DNA of 64,000 bases from Lytechinus pictus (taxonomy: Eukaryota). The first letter of the stretch is position 1; every line of letters starts with the position of its first letter. Positions 38,626 to 51,458 of this stretch are shown here, piece after piece. The position numbers were made by a program, and so were the translations under genes. Below the pieces are notes generated by a model. The model saw only the letters and a program-made list of their open reading frames with translations, made no database searches and had not been told where the DNA came from. The stretch spans positions 51,088,001 through 51,152,000 of the forward strand of contig NC_087246.1 of NCBI RefSeq assembly GCF_037042905.1, read 5' to 3'.

Positions 38626-39313
38626 AACAAGTGGAATGCCTCTGGCGGTCTCACCTGCATCACGCGATTCAATATAGCAGCAGTGCTGACTTTGAAAACT
38701 ACTATAAAATAATTATTCACAAAAAACACCATTCATATAATGATACAATACTACGTTCATTGACATTTGACATTGATCATGTGACCTAAAACTTGTCAGT
38801 GATAAGATGGTAATTCAACAAATACCCCCAACATGGCCAAAGTTCATTGACCTTTGACGTTGGTCATGTGACCTGAAATTCGCACAGGATTTTCAGTGAT
38901 ACTTGATTACTCTTATGTCCAAGTTTTATGAACTAGACCAATAAATTTTCAAAGTTATGATGGTAATTCAACAAATACCCCAAACTTGGCCAAAGTTCAT
39001 TGACCTTTGACCTTGATCATGTGACCTGAAACTCGCACAGGATGTTCAGTGATACTTGATTACTCTTATGTCCAAGTTTCATGAATCAGATCCATAAACT
39101 TTCGAAGTTATGATGGTAATTCAACGCCTACCCCCAATTTGGCCAAAGTTCGTTGACCTTACATGACCTTTGACCTTGGTCATGTGACGTGAAACTCAAG
39201 CAGGATGTTCAGTAATACTTGATTAACCTTATGATTGATCAAGTTTCATAAACTAGGTCCATATATTTTCTAAGTTATGATGACATTTCAAAAACTTAAC
39301 CTTAGGTTAAGAT
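38626..39313. mobile_element. Helentron/DINE-like element, copy 2 (truncated), in PIGO intron 6
   Basis: Same AACAAGTGG...CGCGATTCAATATAGCAGCAGTGCTGACTTTG start as the copy at 2274. 153-bp tandem units at 38842, 38995 and 39148. Confidence 0.75.
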
Positions 39314-39892
39314 TTTTTTGATTGAGGCAAAGTCCACGCGCATGCGTATTGCACAATTCTACTTCCGTGGTATTGCACTTTTTTGCGTACCGAAAGCAAT
39401 AATGGCCTCTGCTCAAGACGCTCTGCTGCATGAAATTAGAGAATCTGACGCGTTAGCGGTACGGTAAAAAAACACGCGTCCCGGTTCACCAGTTTTCAAT
39501 AAAGACCTCTAATCTGACACAATTGCAATTTTTTGTCAGCTGAGAATCTTAGGATGATCTGCTATCCTGTTTCACCATATTGGACAATGACCTCTTATCT
39601 TTTCATTGTGATTTGATGGGCATTTTCAATAAATTCTCAATGTTCCAGAAAGAGTTTGTGTAGTAGTTGCAATAAACTCGCTATTGAATGGACAGAAAAC
39701 TTTAACCATATTGAGTATTTCCTGTACAACCTAATGGATTACAGAATTCGATAGTCAACAGGTTGATCTGTAATAAAGCCCACCCACAATTTTTTGTTCT
39801 ATATACACAGGTTTCCAGACATACATAATTATACTCACAATACTTACACTCTTGGCATTTCATTTCTCATTTCTCATTTTTGTTGCACCTAG

Positions 39893-40081
39893 CTTGTAGG
39901 TACAATGGTGGCAGCAGCCGTCCTTCGTCGTCATCTGATGGCTTGGAATGTCTTTGCTCCAAGGTTTATCTTCCAGGGCGTGGCCTTTGGTGTAACCGTT
40001 CCATCCGTTCTCATCACATTCCTCTTCTTCGCCTACATGCAGCGGTGTCTGGCCACATGGATCAGCAGAATCCAGTCTTGA
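39893..40081 (+). CDS. PIGO: PIGO exon 7 (terminal, stop TGA)
   Basis: AAVLRRHLMAWNVFAPRFIF is the conserved C-terminal RRHLMxWxVFAP motif. TGA at 40079-40081. Total CDS is 3354 nt. Confidence 0.95.
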   Translation, partial: LVGTMVAAAVLRRHLMAWNVFAPRFIFQGVAFGVTVPSVLITFLFFAYMQRCLATWISRIQS

Positions 40082-40267
40082 ATGATGCCAAAGCCCCCTT
40101 TTCTAAATTTGTTCTCAAGCATTTCACTAGCTCTTAATTGCAGCGCAGTAGAATATATGCACATAGTTTCTGCGCTATATAAATCAGTATAGATTAAAGA
40201 GACAGAGTTATCTACCTTTGTTCTGTTGTGCATGAACTACATCTATCTTTTAAAATAACTAGATCCA

Positions 40268-40693
40268 ATATATTGCTATACACACGCGTGGCCAAATTAT
40301 TTCCAAACACCCCTAAACAAGTTTTTCTCTGTGTGCAAAATAACCCCCTAAACAAGTGTTTCGCAGGCTTTATTGACACATTTTGGCCCCTAAACAAGTT
40401 GTCGCCAGAATATGACCCCGGGAAAAAAGCTTAGGGAAAAAAAACATACCCTAAACACGTTTGGCTAGTCTTAAAAAAAGCTTTGGAAAAAAACATACCC
40501 TAAATACGTTTGATCCTGCGATTGACCATTGACCAGTCTTTCAAAACTACCCCCTTTTTTTTTAAATTGGAGTTTTTGATACCCTTAATGAGTAAACGCG
40601 CGGCCCTCGTCCAAAACTGAAAAAACACCCCTTTCAACACGTTTTTGTTGGTCACGCGCAATATATATTTGACTGCCCCCCCCCCCCCCCCGG
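40268..40693. mobile_element. MITE with CCCTAAACA internal repeats and a CCCCCGGG end; inverted partial copy at 45817-45915
   Basis: CCAAATTATTTCCAAACACCCCTAAACAAG recurs as a reverse complement at ~45857-45890. Confidence 0.65.
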
Positions 40694-40811
40694 GACCATG
40701 CTGTGATCATGATTATTGTATTGATGAACATGAATTGAATGATCGTCATGTTCATAATGATATTGCTCTTGGTGCTATTGGTGATGTTGATCATCGTTAT
40801 ACTACAACATA

Positions 40812-42284
40812 GGGTCATTCCATCTGGATTCACCCAGTGGTTGCACCCGACCGTCTCAGAATTTGTTGTAATTTGGTACATATAAAATTCACCATGGCCC
40901 AGGTACAAAACAAAAAAATAAGTCCAATTGGTCCGTCGGTTCTCGCACTACGGCCCGCCCTTTTCTCCTTGTTTTGACAAAAATGGGCGTGACCTTCAAC
41001 TTTCAATGGCCACTGCGTCGTAATGTGTCGACCAATTTTCATGAAACAGGTACCATTTATTAGGAAATTCAGAGAGGAATCCAAAACATGCATCAAATAA
41101 TGTATTGGAGCGATTTATAAGGTCATGACCTTTGACCTTTACTTTGACCTTGAGTTTGACCCCCGGACAAATAATTTTTTAACTTGATTTTCGTGTATGT
41201 TAATAATTTGTATGATATTGACAAAATATGTTAAAACCAATGATGATATTTTATGTCTTCACCTTTTAAAACTCTTCCAAAGATACCATGAAATTTCACT
41301 CTAGTCCCACATACTAATATTCATGTTAGTAAAAGTGTTTACCAGTTACATGATTTCTTCCAATCTTAACTTACAGTATGCATGCACATGAAAAGAAATT
41401 AAGCTCATCAGTTCACAAATGAAACATTAAACATTTATGCTCATGAATAGGTATCTGTTTAGGCATTTTGATGTTCAGCAATATATATCATATATATATA
41501 TATATTCTTGTTAGTAAAGTGTTTACTTTTATCATCAAATTGTTGAGTATATGCCTATTTACTAACAAGAATATATATATATATATGTACATATATGACA
41601 TATATTGCTGAACATCAAATTGCCTAAACAGATACCTATTCATGAGCATAAATGTTTAATGTTTCATTTGTGAACTGATGAGCTTAATTTCTTTTCATGT
41701 GCATGCATACTGTAACTTAAGATTGGAAGAAATCATGTAAATGGTTAACACTTTACTAACATGAATATCAGTATGTAGGACTAGAGTGAAATTTTATGGT
41801 ATCTTTGGAAGAGTTTTAAAAGGTGAAGAAATAAAATATCATCATTGATTTTAACATATTTTGTCAATATCATACTAATAATTAACATACATGAAAATCA
41901 AGTTAAAAAATTATTTGTCCGGGGGTCAAACTCAAGGTCAAAGTAAAGGTCAAAGGTCACGACCTTATAAATTGCTCCAAAACATTATTTGATGCATGTT
42001 TTGGATTCCCCTCTGAATTTCCTAATAAATGGTACCTGTTTCATGAAAATTGGTCAACACGTTACGACGCAGTGGCCATTGAAAGTTGAGCGTCACGCCC
42101 ATTTTTGTCAAAACAAGGAGAAAAGGGCGGGCCGTAGCGCGAGAACCGACGGACCAATTGGACTAATTTTTTTTGTTTTGTGCGTGGGCCATGGTGAATT
42201 TTATGTGTACCAATTTACAACGAATTCCGAGAGGGTCGGGTGCAAAATTGCACATTCATTGGGTGAATTGGCATGGAATGACCC
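40812..42284. mobile_element. 1.47-kb foldback non-autonomous DNA transposon (Sola2-like)
   Basis: ~700-bp inverted arms with a ~40-bp spacer (41519-41557), GGG...CCC termini, and a 4-bp CATA TSD (40808-40811, 42285-42288). The superfamily assignment is inference. Confidence 0.85.
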
Positions 42285-42879
42285 CATAATAGATGTTAGA
42301 GATCAGAATCATTTTGATCATTGATATCATGATTATGATCACTTTCAATTCACCCATTTCTTAATATTTTGTTTCATATTCAGATCATTATGTATTACAT
42401 TATTGCATTGGAGATGATCATGATGATATGAATTGATCACCTAATTGTTCAGGACAAATTAATCTTGCAGTGTTCACAATTATATTTTTCCAAGTAACAT
42501 GATTTGATGGAAGTATGAGACAGATTACTTAAGACAAAATATCGCTACCATGAAAAGGGGATATCACTTTTCTCTAGTAAAAGAGTGATATTGGACAGTA
42601 ATCAGAAATTTATCTTTTAAAACTTGCCATTAGAACTGATGATTTCAATCATAAAGAGGATATGTACCTGCCTACTTGGTATGTATTACATTGTCGTAAT
42701 GCATGTTCAGTTTTAAACATTAAAAAGAAATGATTTATTCTTTTATTAGCCATGATGATTGGATAACAAAATATATTTTTGTTTGTAATATTTGTGGTTG
42801 TTTTTGTCATTGAAATAGAAAGAGGTGTGTGACAGAAAATTGTAGTTATTGTGGTTGTAGTTGTAGAAAAATAGCCTTA

Positions 42880-43472
42880 TGACCTCCCAGAAAAAAAAAG
42901 TTGTTTGGAATCAACAATTTGAAAATCAAACAAGAATGAAAAAAAGAGGAAAATTTCATCAAAATTCAAATGAGAGAGTTATTTTAAAGTTTCACTTATT
43001 TTTCACAAAACATTTCCACGAAATGATAATAAATAATAGTTGAGATTTATATAGTGCATACTTATTTTTCACAAATAATGATAAATAATAATTAAGAATT
43101 GAATAGGGCTTTACAACAACACTGATATGCAAATGAGAGACTCTATATCACTACATCTATTTCTTTTGTTTTTTATTGTTTAAATTGAACAATGTTTCAA
43201 TTTTTCAGATTTGACAGTTAGAACCATCTTGATTTACCCATGAAATTTTGTAACAATGTATTCCACATTTTCAGGGAGGATTAACACTTTGTTTCACATG
43301 GCAATGAGGAGGATATTAAAATAACTTGTTTTTCATCTATGTATAAAGTGATTTTTTTTAACTTCTTATTTTCTTATTTTACTCTTGATTGTGATGAAAT
43401 TTTCAATGTTATGTTTGCTTAATTTTTCTTTTTATTCAAATCAACTTTTTGTTGGGTGGACTTGCACTTCAA
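42880..43472. mobile_element. Decayed Kolobok-type MITE family C
   Basis: Internal similarity to 23836-24461, ending TTGGGTGGACTTGCACTT. Confidence 0.7.
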
Positions 43473-43719
43473 CAGGTAAAAAAAGGTCTCATGGCGTGGT
43501 TTATACCTTTCTCTCGAAGCAAAAGTGTTAAGATCTAACAAGATAACAAATTAGATCTTTCAATTTAGATGAATATACATTGTCTAAGAGCAGCGAACAG
43601 CATAAGATGTCACCTTGATTTTAAAAGTCTGAAGGTGAAAAAACCCATATAGGAAACTGGAACTAAATTTTTACTAAAAATAAAACAAAACCAATAACTC
43701 TGAATCTCGAGAAGAGCGT

Positions 43720-44117
43720 CTTCCCAATTCATCTAATGCCAATTCGTCCAATAGCCAACTCGTCTACTATCATTTGGTCTACCATCAGTTCGTCCACTTA
43801 CCATATGGTCTACTTTCATTTAGTCTGATGCCATGTCGTCTAATAACCAGTTGGTCCAATAGCCATTTAGTACATATACCATTTGGTCTAATTGGACTAA
43901 GTGTTAAATTTTGCAAAATGAATGAAAATGAAATGGATATTAGACCAACTGGTTATGAGACGAAATGGTCATAGATGAAATGGCGATTAGACAAAGTGAT
44001 GATTGGACCAAACGGTTGTTGGACGAAATGTTGATGGACGGAATGGCATTAGACTAAATGAAAGTAGACCATGTGGTGAGTGGACGAGTTGGCAGTAGAC
44101 GAATTGACAATTTACCC
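43720..44117. repeat. Foldback element built from 15-16-bp tandem units in inverted orientation
   Basis: The left arm repeats CCA(T/A)TT(C/T)GTCTA.. and the right arm repeats ..TAGAC(G/C)AA(A/T)TGG. A decayed relative lies at ~21000-21610. Confidence 0.75.
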
Positions 44118-46701
44118 TCTCAACTACATGACAGCACTGAAATTATGTAAGGAATGAAACTTACAGATAAATAACTAGAGTTTACTCTAAAATGCCATCA
44201 TACTTGAAATGTATTGAAGGGGAAGAAAGTCGAATCGGGCATAGGAAGAGCCAATAGTCTGGATTCCAATGTGATAGAACAGAGGCAGGGGAGCGTAGGG
44301 GCAACTGCCCAGTATGTTTTTGTTTTAAGTAAAGGAGAAAAAGGGGAAGGAAGAAGAGTATTAAAAGGAGAGATATAGGCCATATTACTTTATAATACCT
44401 CCATACTTAAGTGTTTAAAAATAACATCAACTTTTAGTCACCTTGCCTCCCCCCAAAAAAAATAAAATAAAATAATGATAATAAAGATGATAATTTTTTT
44501 ATGTCTTGGTATTGACCTCTGATAAAGGAATAATAATGAGTGAGAGAAATAGAGATAGGAGATTGGAAAGAGTTGAATATACAATTGGAAGAAAGGAGAC
44601 GTATGAAATAGAGATGGCTTACTATATACCACTCCTCTTCATCCCTCTATCCGATGACCGGGGTAATGATATATCTGTAAACCTCTTAACAGAAACGCTT
44701 TTCTGTTGTCATCTTGGTCGCGATCGTCTACTCATTGTTTGGAATTTGTGATCGCAAATAATTATAAGTCACTCTATTTTCAGACAGCGTCGCTTTTAAA
44801 TAAAATAAAAAATGATTCCAGCTTCTTTGGGAGAGTGAATGAATAATTGGCATGTAGACCTGGCGATTCTATTTCTGTACATTTCTCAAAAGGATCCTAT
44901 GATATTATGCACCACTGAATAAAGGTTTGATGGCCCTGGCCCCCACCAATCATGATCACCAAGGAAAAAAAAGAGAAAACGAAAGAAATAGGAAGAGGTG
45001 ATATATAACTTTCTGAATATGCCAAAATCTATCACAAAATTTGATATTGTACTAAAAAAAAAGGCCAGAATTTTTGCTCCCTCGTCGCTTATAATTTTTT
45101 CTTGCCCCAGGCATACGTCGTGTTTGGACCCCTCCAAAATTGTTTGCGCATTTTTATACGCCACTCTGGTTTGTGATATCGAGAGAAGAAGTTGATAAAA
45201 GATTCCTCCCATCTGAAAAGATCAATCTCTTAGCGCAATAACAATTTGGTATCATCCTGGACCCTAGGTATCAGGATCCAGTCGCTTATTCAAATGAAAT
45301 GAAATCTTCAATTCCTTATAAAACAAAAACACTTTTCGGTTTCCCCCCGAAAAAAAATTAATGGCTCCGTTTTGGACATCGGTATATTCTGTTGTACCGG
45401 GACTTCGTTAGAAATGGACACCTACTTGAATGAACATATCGCCCTTTTGATCGAACCAAGAAGGTTAAAAAAAACCTTCTTGATCAAATTGACTACTCGC
45501 GCCTTAAATAAAGTGATTTGGTTAAAATTTGCCTGCTTGTTTATCTTTGTAAGTAATTGAATTGAATTTATTTCCGTAAAAAAAAAACAAATAACAATAC
45601 GTATAAAATGATACAAGTGAAATTAATAAATGAAAACGGGAGGATGGCCCTACTCAGCAGCATCAATCATGGTGCTGCTGGTCTACCGAGGGGTCCTCAT
45701 TATATTTTTTGGGGGCGGTCCTTCCAATTTTATTTGTTGGAATAAATTAATTGATGAATTGAATTGAAAATCGTTTGAAAATGAGATTATATCAGAAGTT
45801 ATTTCAATATTTACAACTTGTTTAGGGGCCAAAATATGTAAATGGAGCCCACGAAAAACTTGTTTAGGGGGTGTTTGGAAATAATTTGGTCACGCATGTG
45901 TACAGCAATACATTGAGTTGGTTTCACCGAGAAAGTGAAAACTTGGAAATGATTTAACTTCGTTCTCCTTTTTTAAAGTGATTTCCCCTTTATCTATTTA
46001 ACGGTTGAACTTGGACTACTGTTTTAAATTGAAAGCTTCCTCGTCTAATATCATAAAGAAAATATTCAAACAGAAATATGTTTTACTTTGTTCCCTGTTC
46101 TTTCTCCTCCTCTTCCTTAATTCTTTACCTTTCTCTTCTTTTCTGTATCTCCTATTCAGTCGGAAAGTATATAGTATATAGTTGCCATGTTTTTTTTAAT
46201 TGTCCCCCTTTGTTTTTTCCTCTTAATTGTTTTGTAATGTACTCTGTTCAGATAAGATTTTTTTATGTATTATGCATTTATTGTCTATGTCACGGTGCAC
46301 TTATCACAAGCTGTGATTTATATACCTCCAAAGTTGTTTTGTTCAAGTTCTTAAAAATATATTAATGGTTGTATCGTTGGAAATAAATGTACTTTCATGC
46401 ATTCATAGGCCGCATCTTCCCCTCAGTAACACAGCCCTCAGTGGCGCAAGGGGCACAACATGGCACAAGTCCCCTTTATGGGAATCTTAAAAAAATGCGA
46501 GTGAACGCACAGTTTTGCCTATATTGAAAATGAGAATCTATAATATTGCGACAGATTTTGACATAATATTCAGCAAATCATATTTCATCCCTTTTCTTTC
46601 TTAATTCCCCCTTCTAATTCTTTCATTTCTAGACTCTGTTTCGGAACTTTGCACGCCAGTCCCAGTATAATTACAAATTAGAATAAGAGTAGGCCTATAC
46701 T

Positions 46702-48573
46702 CAGGGGCGGATCCAGCTCCCGCCAATAGGGGGGGGGGGCGAAAAAATTGTTCACCCATATCTTCCCCGATCGGCCGCTTAAAGTTGATGCTTTTTTGTT
46801 TCTTTGAAGAGATTGTCTCAGTAGCGTGAGCCAAAAATTTTGAGGGGGTTTGATATGGCATATATCGCGTAAAATTAATAAGTTGTGAGCGAGAGAGGAA
46901 AAATTGTGACATTTTAATTGCAAAAATCATATGCCTATATATACCGTACTAGTATTTCACACTTATCCCTTTCCTTTTTTCCCCATTTTCTTGGTCGTGA
47001 AAAATTGGGGGGGGGGATGCCGATGTCCTAACATTCATTTCTTAGCTTTATTCTTACAAAAAACATTTTTAAAAAATGTAGAGCCCTATTTGAATAGTGC
47101 GAAGCACAAGCTGAATTTTTTTGAAATTTTATGTATTTTGTCCTGAAAATTGAATATTCTGGAAAATGTTTGTTTTTTCAATATGGGATCTGGCTTGATC
47201 GAAAAGGAACCTGTTAAGGACGATTTGCAGTTAGCTATTAAGACGACATGTTTCAACTTTTAGATAATGCGAGCGCAAAGCACGTGCTGAATTTTTTTTC
47301 CATTCCGACCTAAAAAATTGATATTCTAAGCACTTTTTAAAATAAACGGTCTAGTTATAAAACTAAACTATAAATTGATGCAAGCGCGAGCGGAAATAAA
47401 TTGAGATTTCAGACCTAAAAAACGGGACACTCTATTCATTTTTCGTAAAAGGAGTTCCTACATTAATAATGCGAGCGCAAACTGGATAATTTTAGCACGT
47501 TTTCAATAAAGATCAAGCTGCATATCTCAATAAACTGTGTGCGCGTGTTTTCGAGTTAGAAAGAATATGAGCATTCTGATTACATTTAATATCATGAAAT
47601 CAATAATGCGAGCGCGAGCGGAAAATATTTGATAGTCCGGTATGAAAAGGGTGAATTTAAGCACAATTTTAAAGTACTGTGTAGGGAAATTGTGAAGTGT
47701 ATGTGGATAGCACTTAATAAATGATGCGAGTGCGAAGCGCGAGCCATATTTTTATTTTTATTTTGACCTATATAGGACCTGGACATTCTAGGCCTAGTTA
47801 AAATTAGGAATTCATGATAATTTTATTACCATATTTATTTCACTCACTCATTATAGGGTTATTACATGTAATAACCCTAATGAGTGAGTGAAATTTGTTG
47901 ACATTTGAGGCCTGACAATTGGATATTTTAATTACATTTGTAATCATGAATAGGATTTATGAGTTAATATATTTTAACTATTAATGCGAGCGAAAATCGC
48001 GAGACGAAATTTTTGATAAACTGTCATAAAAGGGGGATTTTAAGTAGTTTGTTTTAGAATTAGTATATAAAAAATTTGTATGGAATAAACAAAGATAATA
48101 TGTAGGCCTACTTGGCAAATCAAATAATGCGAGCGTACAGCGCAACAAGCTGCAAATGATATTCACACCATAAAACGGACATTTTACAATTTGTAAATCA
48201 AACAAAATATTGAAAGCTCGATGTCGAGCTGAAATATATTTTGTATATTGACTTCAAACTTGATATTTCAAGCTACATATCAGCCTATTGAGCAAAATAT
48301 GTATTTCATCGAACAGGCTATGCGAGCGCGAAGCGCCGGAGCGAAAATTCAATAAAGTAACATGAAATATATATTTTTAAATCATTTTCCAAGTCTTCCC
48401 TGACCTTATTTTATTCACTCGTCTCCCTCCTCTTATTTTGCTCTTCTTTTTCCTCCTTTCTTTCCCCTTCTTTTTCTTTTTTTTTTTCTTTCTTTCGTTC
48501 CCCCTCATTTTTTTGCTCCGCCAATAGGGGGGGGGGTCCGGGCCCCTCGCCCCCCCCCCTGGATCCGCCTATG
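46702..48573. mobile_element. TIR element (CAGGGGCGGATCC...GGATCCGCCTATG) with internal GCGAGCGCGAAGCGCGAGC motif array
   Basis: Termini and internal motifs are shared with 9162-10315. A partial copy lies near 16100-16620. Confidence 0.75.
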
Positions 48574-48690
48574 TACACTGAATATAATACTGAGTGAGTG
48601 AACCCCGAACCCCGGAGTGATCCGAACTGGTGATCGCGAGAGCGACCCAACTCTCCATTCAAGGTACTCCTTCACCTGTCAGAAACCTGG

Positions 48691-48707
48691 CAGTTGCATG
48701 GCAACTG
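48691..48707. promoter_or_regulatory. RFX X-box-like palindrome upstream of the ANKAR-like gene
   Basis: CAGTTGC-ATG-GCAACTG closely matches the X-box GTTGCCATGGCAAC. Confidence 0.55.
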
Positions 48708-49813
48708 TACGCCTCCCCGTGTGATACATTTTGCCAATCAACACTATTTAAAGATTTTATTTGTATATCTATTTTAGATGTTTATTTACATCAAACTATC
48801 AACAAAAATATTTTACATTATGAATCATAAATATAATTGGACTATACATACAACATTTTAAAGTCACAATAGGTTGATTAAATTTTTCATCAAATCAAGA
48901 TTATTGATATTGTTTATCAATACTAGTACCGGTAATTGATTGCCTAGCTAGCTATACAGCTATAGGTATAGTCTACTATACTCAGCGCGCGCTACAGCGA
49001 TATATAGCCGGTACGTGTTTTCAAGGAGGTCGATGGCGGCTTGCCGGGGGAGAATTGGAAGCACTCATCCTCGAAGTCTTAAAATTGATTGGGTGAGTAT
49101 GGTCATTGATACAAATACATTCTTGGATACGAAACCATTGTCTGTCCCTTAACAATCGATTTTGTTTGTAGAATTTAGTTTAATATCGAATGAAACACAA
49201 AGGGGGTAACGGGTCTCTCTCATCTGGTTTCATTCAAAGTGCTGGTAACTCGAGTCCTTGCACTAATTCATTGGAATATATTTGGTCTGTCTACCAGTGC
49301 GCGGCCCACACGCACACAACAGTCAACATGTTAAAGTCAAAGAGTTATTTTTTAAGTCGTAACATTGAACTTGCTGGGAGGATATGTTGATTTGGATGTG
49401 GAATTGAATTGTGGCACCTATTTCAGATATTGTTGAAGACCAAGTTATAAAATGATGAGCCACCACCATGGATCAAATTATCGGTAGAAGCATCCGACTT
49501 TATCAATTGATGTGTTCATTTTTATTCAAAGCAGCACTCTTACAAGTTGATGCAGAGCCTGGCACATTTGATAATACACCGGTTGAAATTTTGGATGTGG
49601 AATGTTAGGGCAATTACCGTAACTCAACTGATGGATGCCTAGACAATTTAATTTCAATGCCCTGGGACTGCTTGGAAATATTTTATTCCTAAAATCTTGC
49701 CTTTCGTCTTGGTTCCGGGTTTAATCTTTGTTTTTGTTTTTTGTCATGCACGGTGGTGGTTGTTGTCCTTGAGGATCTTTGGTTCACTGTATTTGTAAAA
49801 AAAAAGTATCGAG

Positions 49814-49821
49814 ATGTTCTC
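49814..49821 (+). CDS. ANKAR: Candidate first coding bases of the ANKAR-like gene (ATG TTC TC|GTAAGT)
   Basis: Consensus GTAAGT donor in phase 2, matching the acceptor at 51459 and giving MFS-STRQEVEK. Confidence 0.5.
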
Positions 49822-50648
49822 GTAAGTATTTTTTCACCAAACCTTGTTCTTTTCAGGAATATGAAAACATTTTATTATTAGATTTGGGTTCAAGATTCTA
49901 ACAGTGAATTTGAAGGAAAACAGTAGTGTTTGCATTTTATTTTTGTTAAGATAATTGACATGATGCAGACTATCTTCTTGTTTATCCCTTATTGATGAGG
50001 ATGTAATCACTGAGATGCATCACTTATATTTAAGTTGTTATAGTATAGATGTGATGTGTAGTAGCATAAGAAATTATTACCCTATTTGTTGGCTGTTGCA
50101 TGAGGAACACTTTTTCCCTTAATATGTAATATTATAACAATATTTCATGTTAGCATTGTTTCAGGACTTTTCATTTTAATGAAAATTTTTTCAGTTATGT
50201 TGTAAAAAATTATTACAGGGTCAGGATGTTGAATTTTAAAATTTATCTGCACCTGATGCTATTTTTTTCTGTGAATTCTGATTTATGTTCTCTTTAATTA
50301 CACTCTTAGACTATTTTTTTTTCCTGTTTGAAAGTTCAGAGGTCGTTCGTTTATACTGTGAAATAATTTGAAAGCACTCACATTCATTAATTTAGGAAAA
50401 TTATTATGTCATTGAGATTTATAACAAAACTTAACCCCCACTTTTGTGGACTTCTCTCATGTCTTGTGTGGAAATTAAGAGTGATATAATTACTTGTTTT
50501 GAAAACTTGTTTCCATTTGACAATGCAACATTACAATCAAAATGTTCTTTCAATATCGACCTACAAATAAGTAATAGAGCTCTAATAATCATTTAAAGAA
50601 TGGAAGTTCTTGCATTCCTAAATTTTTTTTGCGATATTATGTGCTAAA

Positions 50649-51134
50649 AGGGGAAGTTCACCCCGATGAATTTTTTTTTTAAATACCAGAAAAATAATGC
50701 AAAATATTAGTGAAGGTTTGAGGAAAATTTGTAAAAGTTATTAGAATTTTTTTTGTTTGCGACGTCAAATACGAGCAGGTGCCCCATAAGTTATGTAATA
50801 TGCATAGGGCTACAATTTAATTTTTGAATGGTTCATGATGCCAAAAAAAAATTATTCTTTCAGGAGAGATGTGAAATATTTTGTCTGTTGATATAATGAA
50901 GGTACAACAAAACCCATTTTCAATTTGTTGAGAAAATTACATTTTATTGCTTTTTAATTCATGATACTGTACATGGGGAGCTGCTAGCATATGACGTCAC
51001 AAATAAAAAAAAATAAAACTAATAAAACTTTGAACTATTTGATGGAGTGTCCTCAAACCTTCACTAATATTTTTTATTTTTTTTAGAACTGCTATTTTTA
51101 CAAGAAACTTTTTATCAGGGTGATCTTCCCATTA
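50649..51134. mobile_element. Kolobok-like MITE in ANKAR intron
   Basis: AGGGGAAGTTCACCCCGAT ... ATCAGGGTGATCTTCCCATTAA with mirrored arms. Confidence 0.7.
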
Positions 51135-51458
51135 AGGGTGGATTTCACATTTGTAAGTTATCTAGCTCATGTATATGAATGCTTTCAGTTATGATTGTTG
51201 TCCATGTACATGTATGTTTGGCAGTTTTCTGCTAAATAAATAAGTTCAAGTAGTGAATCTCAATTACAGAGTACACATCCAGAAAACTTAGTCATTACAT
51301 TTTAATCATTCTTGCATAACTTTTAATGAATTTAATTGGTAACGAGTTATCAACATTTTGTGGTCTCAATGAATGTTTGGTACTTATTGTTTTATGGAAC
51401 ACTGACTATGTATTTCCATATTTGTAATGATTAGTAACTTCATTTTATCTCTTATCAG

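Noticed and set aside
40830-42324. Two near-identical ORFs on opposite strands (MMHVLDS...)
   Set aside because: They are mirror images from the two arms of the foldback element, with no recognisable domain.
47260-48350. CRISPR array
   Set aside because: Eukaryotic context, degenerate repeats, irregular and partly homologous spacers, no cas genes, and it lies inside a TIR element.
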